Of a DNA stretch of 64,000 nucleotides, positions 57,495-64,000 are shown piece after piece. The position numbers and the translations under genes are program-made. Location of the stretch: the IMG/VR virus record IMGVR_UViG_3300001346_000004, one strand, 5' to 3'. The notes beneath the pieces are model-generated. The model did not search any database and was not told where the DNA came from. It was given only the letters and a program-made list of their open reading frames with translations. How positions within the stretch are numbered: the stretch's first letter is position 1; each line of letters starts with the position of its first letter. The DNA is from an uncultured virus (IMG/VR IMGVR_UViG_3300001346_000004) (Duplodnaviria > Heunggongvirae > Uroviricota > Caudoviricetes).

Positions 57495-58391
57495 ATGCAA
57501 ATTAACTCAATATATTTATATCCAAACAAGTTGGATGTTTACACAAGTGACACAGCAACTTGGACTGCGGAGAGAAACAGAATGGTATACAATCGTAATC
57601 TAAAGGTCTATAGAGGATCAGACAATCGCATTGATCTGCAACTACGAAACGGCGATCAAAAAGCGTATAATGCTACAGGCAGCACTATTATTTTTAATCT
57701 AGTGAACAACGAGACGCAAGATTTAGTTGTAAGAAAAGATTGTAGTGTAGATGACATCAGTGTAGGCAGAGTATACGCTACTATTACAGAAGAAGAATTA
57801 TTAGACATAGAAGCAGGATATTACTCATATAGTTTCCACAAAGAAACTAGAACTAACGTAGATAGTACTGATTACAAAGTTGAGTCAAAGACACCGCTAT
57901 ACATGGATAGTCAATACGGTGCTATTGGCACTATAGAAATAATAGGTGGTATGGAAGGTAAACCTTATGATACTAAAACTGTTGACACATTCAGAAAAAT
58001 TACTAATTTTGATGTACCATCAGAGAAATCATCTGGAGATCCATTAGATAGTCCACGTCCAAACTTTGCACAAAATTATAATACATCAGGATACGAAGAA
58101 TATTTTATTAGTAGCACAATAGAAGCAAATCCAAGAATGTCTACACCACAAAGTTTACACACATTCCAATTTTACTACAACAACTATATTGGAGATGTAA
58201 TACTTCAAGGAAGTTTGGGAGAAGGTGGTAATCCAATTGAAGGATCATGGACAAATATTAATACATTTACAATCACAGCAGCCAATTTAAATGAATTCCA
58301 TAATGTTACAGGAAAGTATAATTGGTTTAGAATTAAGCATACTCCGGACGAAAATAACACAGGAACAGTTGACAAAGTATTATATAGATAG
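57495..58391 (+). CDS. Putative virion structural protein
   Basis: Preceded by TAAATA (57466); LKVYRGSDN..NGDQK..; C-terminal GKYNWFRI..GTVDKVLYR beta-sandwich pattern. Confidence 0.5.
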   Translation: MQINSIYLYPNKLDVYTSDTATWTAERNRMVYNRNLKVYRGSDNRIDLQLRNGDQKAYNATGSTIIFNLVNNETQDLVVRKDCSVDDISVGRVYATITEEELLDIEAGYYSYSFHKETRTNVDSTDYKVESKTPLYMDSQYGAIGTIEIIGGMEGKPYDTKTVDTFRKITNFDVPSEKSSGDPLDSPRPNFAQNYNTSGYEEYFISSTIEANPRMSTPQSLHTFQFYYNNYIGDVILQGSLGEGGNPIEGSWTNINTFTITAANLNEFHNVTGKYNWFRIKHTPDENNTGTVDKVLYR

Positions 58392-58397
58392 TATAAT
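58369..58397 (+). promoter_or_regulatory. Sigma70 consensus promoter for primase
   Basis: TTGACA-17nt-TATAAT overlapping the upstream gene end; ATG 6 nt downstream. Confidence 0.75.
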
Positions 58398-58403
58398 ACA
58401 TGT

Positions 58404-59435
58404 ATGACTTTGGTTCTAGATACATTTCAGACACTTATTCCGCCTCGGGCAAAAAGTAATCCAAGCGGTTGGACTAGTTTTAATGCTCCGTGTTGCCATC
58501 ATCGCGGACATAGTACTGACAAGCGTAAGCGTGGTGGACTTAGATTTGATTCAGGTGTAGTTTTTAACTGTTTCAATTGTAAGTATACTGCTAGTTGGCA
58601 ACCTGGCAGACCGTTATCTGAAAAGTTTAAATCTTTATGTAGATGGCTAGGCGCATCAGAAGATACTATCAATGTTATGATATTCGAAGCATTGAAAACA
58701 GAATCTCCTGAATACACGCCAAGAGAATCACAAGTCAGGATATCATTTGCAGAAAAGAAACTTCCTGATAACAGTTTGCCAATTGCTGAATGGCTCGACT
58801 CCGACTTTGCTGGCAATAAAAAACTTGAAGAAATGTTTGCAAAAGTTGTTGCATATATCTATGACAGAGGATTTGATCCAACAAGTAAAGACTTTTATTG
58901 GAGCCCTCAAGAAGGATACCAAGACAGAGTAATAGTTCCTTTCTATTACAAAGGTAAAACAGTTGGTAACACAGCAAGAAAGGTAAGAAGCGGAAGGCCT
59001 AAATATCTAAGTGATCATCACAATAGTTTTGTATATAACATTGATGCACAAGAAGAAGATCAGAAATATATATTTGTTACAGAAGGTCCTTTCGATGCAT
59101 TATCTGTCGATGGTGTAGCATTACTTACAAACAATGTAAGCGAGCAACAATATAGAATTATCCAAGGACTAGGACATGAAGTAATTGTTATTCCAGATCA
59201 AGATGAAGCAGGAATAAACTTAATTAATAAGTCAATTGAATATGGTTGGAGTGTTGCTTTTCCTAATTGGGAAGATGATGTTAAAGATATAGCAGACGCT
59301 GTAATAAAGTATGGTAAACTATTTGTTATGATGGATGCTATTAAAACTGCACAAGCAGGATCAATAAAACTTAACATGGCAAAGCAGAAGTTTAAGAATA
59401 AGTTGGAGAAAATAAATGAAAAAGCAACTATGTAA
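58404..59435 (+). CDS. DNA primase (gp61/DnaG-like)
   Basis: Zn finger PCC..FNCFNC, RVIVPF, PKY, TOPRIM VTEGPFDA, PDQDEAG, KDIAD. Confidence 0.88.
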   Translation: MTLVLDTFQTLIPPRAKSNPSGWTSFNAPCCHHRGHSTDKRKRGGLRFDSGVVFNCFNCKYTASWQPGRPLSEKFKSLCRWLGASEDTINVMIFEALKTESPEYTPRESQVRISFAEKKLPDNSLPIAEWLDSDFAGNKKLEEMFAKVVAYIYDRGFDPTSKDFYWSPQEGYQDRVIVPFYYKGKTVGNTARKVRSGRPKYLSDHHNSFVYNIDAQEEDQKYIFVTEGPFDALSVDGVALLTNNVSEQQYRIIQGLGHEVIVIPDQDEAGINLINKSIEYGWSVAFPNWEDDVKDIADAVIKYGKLFVMMDAIKTAQAGSIKLNMAKQKFKNKLEKINEKATM

Positions 59436-59541
59436 TATATGGAATAAAGTAAAAAAATACTTTACAGATATATATTTTAAATTTAAGATGAGAAAAAAGA
59501 TAAAGGAAATGAAAAGGAAAGATCCGTTTATCTACAAATAA
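59416..59541 (+). CDS. Small basic protein (41 aa) absent from the ORF track
   Basis: MKKQLCNIWNKVKKYFTDIYFKFKMRKKIKEMKRKDPFIYK*; GGAG RBS at 59405; fills the intergenic gap. Confidence 0.6.
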   Translation: MKKQLCNIWNKVKKYFTDIYFKFKMRKKIKEMKRKDPFIYK

Positions 59542-59564
59542 CAAGAATGGAAAGGATACATCGA

Positions 59565-59801
59565 ATGAAGAATGAGTTTCAAGTAGGAATATTTGAAGTA
59601 TTCAAGAATTTACTAAAAGGAAATAGTATAACCTTAGCACTAATATATACAGCAGGACATGTTATAATAGCAATGAATGTTGTGTATTGGATGACAGGCG
59701 CAAGTCTTTTCGAAGCAGGATTAGTTGCTTTGGTTGAGCCAAGTATCAACGGCGTTTGGTTTTACATTTTACATAAACTATGGAAAAAATATAACACATG
59801 A
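59565..59801 (+). CDS. Small membrane protein (DUF2061-like)
   Basis: IYTAGHVIIA..TGA..AGLVALVEPSINGVWFYILHKLW. Confidence 0.6.
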   Translation: MKNEFQVGIFEVFKNLLKGNSITLALIYTAGHVIIAMNVVYWMTGASLFEAGLVALVEPSINGVWFYILHKLWKKYNT

Positions 59802-61270
59802 TAAGTTGGGGCATAAGTGCCAATAGTCACGATGGTTCATTAGCAGTATTTGATAATAACGAATTAGTATTTGCTAGCCATACAGAAAGATTTAGCGGGT
59901 TAAAAAATGATCCGCACCTTAATAAACCATTGCTTGATTATGCAAGACAGTGGGGAGAACCTAACGAAGTGATATGGTATGAGAAGCCATTTAAGAAAAC
60001 TGTAAGACAACTGTATGCTGGGCAAGGCTGGAACTGGAACGAAAACAATGTTAAAAGTTATCTAAAACAATTTAACATTAATGCACCCTTAGGTTACAGT
60101 AACCACCATGAAAGTCATGCAGCCGCAGGATATTACACTAGCGGATTTAAAGATGCAACTGTTATAGTTCTTGACAGTATAGGTGAATGGGAAACTTATA
60201 CTATCTGGGAAGGTAACGGAGACAAACTTAAGAAAGTATACTCACAAGAATATCCACACAGTGTAGGATTGTGGTATAGTGCAATGACACAGCGAGTAGG
60301 ATTAAAGCCTAATGAAGATGAATATATTCTAATGGGAATGGCTGCATACGGAGATCAAAGAGAACACTATCATCATATGCGAGAAACATTCTTTGAACTT
60401 GGGCCGCACGATCACTGGACCTTTCCTGATGTAAAATTTAAACACAATTTACATAGAGGATGTAAATGGTATAGAGAAGGATACAATAAATGGACTGACA
60501 AACTTAATATTGCAGCAGCAACGCAAAGCATATACGAAGATATATTCATAGGGATAGTTGAACATTGCTTTAACAAATATAAAAGTAAAAATTTAGTTGT
60601 AATGGGCGGGTGTGCATTAAACTGTAAGGCAAATAGCAAAGCATCTGCATATTATAAAAATGTATGGATAATGCCTAATCCAGGCGATGCAGGTAGTAGT
60701 GTTGGTGCTGTATTAGCACACAAAGGCAAACATATTAAATGGCAAAGTCCTTATTTAGGATACGACATAAAAGGTGAATATCCTGTAGATAATCTATTTA
60801 AAAAACTTAAAAGTACAGGTATGGTAGGTGTTGCAAATGGAAAAGCAGAGTTTGGGCCTAGAGCATTAGGCAATAGAAGTTTACTTGCAGATCCGAGAGG
60901 GCAGGACATGAAGGACAAAGTAAACTCAATAAAGAAAAGACAAAAATATAGACCATTTGCTCCGGTAATTTTGGCAGAACATGCTGAACAATATTTTTAT
61001 GGTGATGTAGGACCATACATGCAATTTACATCTAAATGTAGAAAAGCAAAAGACTTTCCTGCAATTGTACATGTAGACGGAACAAGTAGAGTGCAAACTG
61101 TTGGTAAAGATGATAATACAGGTTTACGAGAACTTTTGGAAAGATGGTATGGCAAGACTGGATGCCCAATGTTACTTAACACTAGTCTAAATATCAAAGG
61201 AAAGCCGATGGTTAATAACGAAAAGGATGCAAAAAAGTTTGCTCATAAGTACGGTGTGAGTGTATACTAA
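59798..61270 (+). CDS. Second carbamoyltransferase (NodU/CmcH family)
   Basis: SHDGS, ERFS..K, HHESHAAAG, LDSIGE, GGCALNC, GDAG, EFGPRALGNRS, RPFAP, DGTSRVQ, LNTSLN. Confidence 0.92.
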   Translation: MISWGISANSHDGSLAVFDNNELVFASHTERFSGLKNDPHLNKPLLDYARQWGEPNEVIWYEKPFKKTVRQLYAGQGWNWNENNVKSYLKQFNINAPLGYSNHHESHAAAGYYTSGFKDATVIVLDSIGEWETYTIWEGNGDKLKKVYSQEYPHSVGLWYSAMTQRVGLKPNEDEYILMGMAAYGDQREHYHHMRETFFELGPHDHWTFPDVKFKHNLHRGCKWYREGYNKWTDKLNIAAATQSIYEDIFIGIVEHCFNKYKSKNLVVMGGCALNCKANSKASAYYKNVWIMPNPGDAGSSVGAVLAHKGKHIKWQSPYLGYDIKGEYPVDNLFKKLKSTGMVGVANGKAEFGPRALGNRSLLADPRGQDMKDKVNSIKKRQKYRPFAPVILAEHAEQYFYGDVGPYMQFTSKCRKAKDFPAIVHVDGTSRVQTVGKDDNTGLRELLERWYGKTGCPMLLNTSLNIKGKPMVNNEKDAKKFAHKYGVSVY

Positions 61271-61303
61271 TAGAATAATTATGTATGAAGGTAAAGAAAA
61301 TTA

Positions 61304-62746
61304 ATGGCTGATACTAAAAATTACGATTACGAAGTCCAAAAAGTTTATTTGGAAATGATGCTGGCTGACGCAGAAACATTTGTGCGTTGTCAAGGTATCT
61401 TTGATCATACACTATTTGACAGAAAATTGCAAGATGCTGCAGAGTTTGTAAATGAATACACAAAGCAGTATAGTGTAATGCCTGACTTTGAAACAGTAAA
61501 TGCAAGTTGCAGAACTGATTTGAAAGCACCAAAAGAACTTAAAGAAGGACATCTACAATGGTTAATGGATGACTTTGAAAGTTTTACAAGGCACAAAGCA
61601 CTAGAACGTGCAATTATTAATTCAGCAGATTTATTAGAAAAGAATGACTATGGATCAGTAGAAGCCATGGTTAAAGATGCAGTTCAAATTGGACTGGCAC
61701 GTGACATGGGTACAGATTACTTTTTAGATCCAAGAGCAAGACTTATGGGACTTAAAGATAAGAACGGACAGGTTAGTACTGGTTGGGATACCATGGACAG
61801 AAAACTGTTTGGTGGTTTTAACAGAGGCGAACTGAATATTTTTGCAGGTGGATCGGGTGCAGGTAAAAGTTTATTCTTAGCAAACTTAGGTGTTAACTGG
61901 GCACTACAAGGATTGAATGTTGTTTACTTAACACTTGAACTTAGTGAGCAACTTGTAAGTATGCGTGTGGATAGTATGGTAACAGGTATTACTACAAGAG
62001 ACATTTTCAAGAACATTGACGATGTTGAAATGAAAGTTAAGATGATTGGTAAGAAGTCGGGTGCATTACAAGTTAAGTATATGCCTAGTGGTAAAACTAC
62101 AAACGATATTAGAGCGTATTTAAAAGAGTATGAAATTAAAGTAGGCAAGAAAGTAGATGTATTATTAGTAGACTACTTAGACTTGTTGATGCCTGTAGGT
62201 AAAAAAATTAGTGCAGAGAACTTGTTTGTTAAAGACAAGTATGTATCAGAAGAACTTCGTAACCTAGCAATGGAATTACAGTGTGTGTTTGTAACTGCGG
62301 CACAGTTGAATAGAGGTGCAGTAGAAGAAGTAGAGTTTGATCACTCGCACATAAGTGGCGGACTTAGTAAGATTCAAACAGCAGATAATGTAATAGGTAT
62401 CTTTACAAGTAGAGCAATGCGTGAACGTGGACGTTATCAATTACAACTTATGAAAACACGTTCTAGTAGTGGTGTGGGACAAAAAGTAGATTTAGAATTT
62501 AACATTGAGACACTAAGGATTACTGATCTTGATGAGGATGAACAAGAAGCAACGAACGGTAACAATAGAGGCAGCAGTAGTATAATAGATAGCATTAAAA
62601 GAAAAACAGAAGTACAAAACACCCAAGATCCTACAAATGATGATCCAACACAAGGAGTATCAGTAGGTAAAATCAGAGGCAAAGTAGAGTCAACAAAATT
62701 GCGTGAGATTTTGAATAATATGGGTGATGATGATGAGGAACACTAA
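61304..62746 (+). CDS. Replicative helicase (T4 gp41/DnaB-like)
   Basis: GGSGAGKS, LTLEL, VDYLDL, SEELRNLA, TAAQLNR, QTAD, MKTRSS. Confidence 0.92.
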   Translation: MADTKNYDYEVQKVYLEMMLADAETFVRCQGIFDHTLFDRKLQDAAEFVNEYTKQYSVMPDFETVNASCRTDLKAPKELKEGHLQWLMDDFESFTRHKALERAIINSADLLEKNDYGSVEAMVKDAVQIGLARDMGTDYFLDPRARLMGLKDKNGQVSTGWDTMDRKLFGGFNRGELNIFAGGSGAGKSLFLANLGVNWALQGLNVVYLTLELSEQLVSMRVDSMVTGITTRDIFKNIDDVEMKVKMIGKKSGALQVKYMPSGKTTNDIRAYLKEYEIKVGKKVDVLLVDYLDLLMPVGKKISAENLFVKDKYVSEELRNLAMELQCVFVTAAQLNRGAVEEVEFDHSHISGGLSKIQTADNVIGIFTSRAMRERGRYQLQLMKTRSSSGVGQKVDLEFNIETLRITDLDEDEQEATNGNNRGSSSIIDSIKRKTEVQNTQDPTNDDPTQGVSVGKIRGKVESTKLREILNNMGDDDEEH

Positions 62747-62975
62747 AGTTACATTGTACCAATGGACCGGAAATAATCATCCAGACGAATACTTTGATAT
62801 AGATTGGCCGGCTGTACACAAAGAATGTGGTGTAGATCATATAAACTGGCTAAACAGACAACCCCATGATAAATGTCAATTAAGTTTAGAATTTTTCCGT
62901 GGCGGCAAAAGATTAATAGTAGAATTTTTCAACAAAGAGACAGCAAATAGATATTACTTAATGTGGGCTAAATAG
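62733..62975 (+). CDS. Hypothetical protein
   Basis: Short ORF between the helicase and the nucleotidyltransferase; exact start uncertain. Confidence 0.6.
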   Translation: MRNTKVTLYQWTGNNHPDEYFDIDWPAVHKECGVDHINWLNRQPHDKCQLSLEFFRGGKRLIVEFFNKETANRYYLMWAK

Positions 62976-62979
62976 TAGT

Positions 62980-63693
62980 ATGCGCATACAGGACCTACTA
63001 TTCGAGCAAGCAGATTTCGTTACAGTCAATAGAAGACTGAATCCTAAACTATGGAAAAATGACACTCTTAAACCTGAGATAAAAGAGCAATTAATTAAAA
63101 TTGCAAAAGTATTTGAAGAGTTTATTGGTATTGACATAGAAGTAATCAACTATACAATTACAGGATCAAATGCAAACTATATGTGGACTGAATACAGTGA
63201 TTTAGATTTACATATTATTGTAAAAGGACTGCCTGATGAAAAAGAACGTGAATTGTTCAATGCTAAAAAAGCATTATGGGCAGAAGAACACAACATCACT
63301 ATCAAAGGTTTACCTGTAGAATGTTATGTACAAGGATCAAAAGAAGAACACCATTCAACAGGTGTTTATAGTATAGTTACTGATCAGTGGTTAGAAAAAC
63401 CTAAAAAAGTAAAACCAGAAGTTGATGACGCGGCAGTAAAGGCTAAGAAGAACAGTATTCATCATGATATAGAAACTGCACTTCTAAGTAAAGATATTAC
63501 TAAACTTAGACAAGTTAAAACAAAGATTACACAGATGCGTAAAGCAGGGCTTGCAAAAGCAGGTGAATGGTCTGTTGAGAATCTTGTGTTTAAAATTCTT
63601 AGAAATTTAGGAATGATAGACAAACTTACACAAGAAATTAGAGATCTTGAAGACCAAGAATTAAGCCTAGAAACTGCACCAATCTTACAATAA
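62980..63693 (+). CDS. Pol beta-superfamily nucleotidyltransferase
   Basis: ITGSNANY.W..YSDLDLH (GS...DxD) and a third acidic residue in VECYVQ. Confidence 0.75.
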   Translation: MRIQDLLFEQADFVTVNRRLNPKLWKNDTLKPEIKEQLIKIAKVFEEFIGIDIEVINYTITGSNANYMWTEYSDLDLHIIVKGLPDEKERELFNAKKALWAEEHNITIKGLPVECYVQGSKEEHHSTGVYSIVTDQWLEKPKKVKPEVDDAAVKAKKNSIHHDIETALLSKDITKLRQVKTKITQMRKAGLAKAGEWSVENLVFKILRNLGMIDKLTQEIRDLEDQELSLETAPILQ

Positions 63694-63744
63694 TTTTTCC
63701 AAAAAACTATTAAATATAATATAATAGAAGGAATATTCGAACGC

Positions 63745-64000
63745 ATGAGATTGCAAAAGATTAATGTTATAGATCCTTGGATACAAGAGATTATAAAAGA
63801 CGATCCGGTAAGGGCTGAGATACCTATCGATCATCGAATCAATGAAGACGCTGAAATTTACGCATTATGGAATGATACAGAACTAGGTGCTATAACCTGT
63901 GTATCATATACTGAAGGCATACCTGGAAGTGTAGAAGAAATGTACAGTCTATCAAGTCCTTTTATGGATACGGTTGTATTCTATACAATTTGGAGTTACA
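63745..64000 (+). CDS. Hypothetical protein, 3'-truncated by the window edge
   Basis: MRLQKINVIDPWIQEIIKDDPVRAEIP...VVFYTIWSY open to the window end; AAGGA RBS upstream. Confidence 0.6.
   Translation, partial: MRLQKINVIDPWIQEIIKDDPVRAEIPIDHRINEDAEIYALWNDTELGAITCVSYTEGIPGSVEEMYSLSSPFMDTVVFYTIWSY

Noticed and set aside
423..63746. Many short alternative-frame and antisense ORFs in the track (e.g. 423-620, 11012-11350, 14271-14648, 28956-29324, 47072-47476)
   Set aside because: They lie inside longer genes with recognisable motifs, show no motifs of their own, and are the expected shadow ORFs.
1..64000. Alternative genetic code (stop codon reassignment)
   Set aside because: Core genes are full length under the standard code, and both TAG and TGA terminate genes at sensible positions.
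1..64000. tRNA, rRNA or diversity-generating retroelement genes
   Set aside because: No cloverleaf/T-loop signatures were visible in the short intergenic gaps and no reverse transcriptase ORF was seen; a tRNAscan/Infernal run would be needed to exclude them fully.

Overview
AT-rich segment of a large T4-like (myovirus-type) dsDNA bacteriophage genome, read with the standard bacterial code. It carries tail-fibre and structural genes, neck (gp13/14/15-like), tail sheath and tube, head-completion nuclease, terminase, and replication/recombination genes (gp32, UvsX, UvsY, UvsW, primase, DnaB-like helicase). Two accessory sugar/modification islands are interleaved: 2-10 kb (near-complete ADP-heptose pathway, GT9-like transferase, carbamoyltransferase, 2OG-Fe(II) oxygenases) and 38-54 kb (methyltransferases, amidotransferase, five paralogous capsule-synthesis-like proteins, other glycosyltransferases). 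The most striking item is missing from the ORF track: a 23-aa PqqA (pyrroloquinoline quinone precursor) peptide gene at 34782-34853, in its own hairpin-bounded cassette with an overlapping second reading frame. Also notable are a recurring TAA[A/G]TA-N5-ATG arrangement suggesting leaderless late mRNAs, a ~190-aa miniature DnaE-like protein, capsid-targeting-like N-termini, and a subtilisin with a large inserted domain. All calls come from motif recognition by eye; no searches were run.
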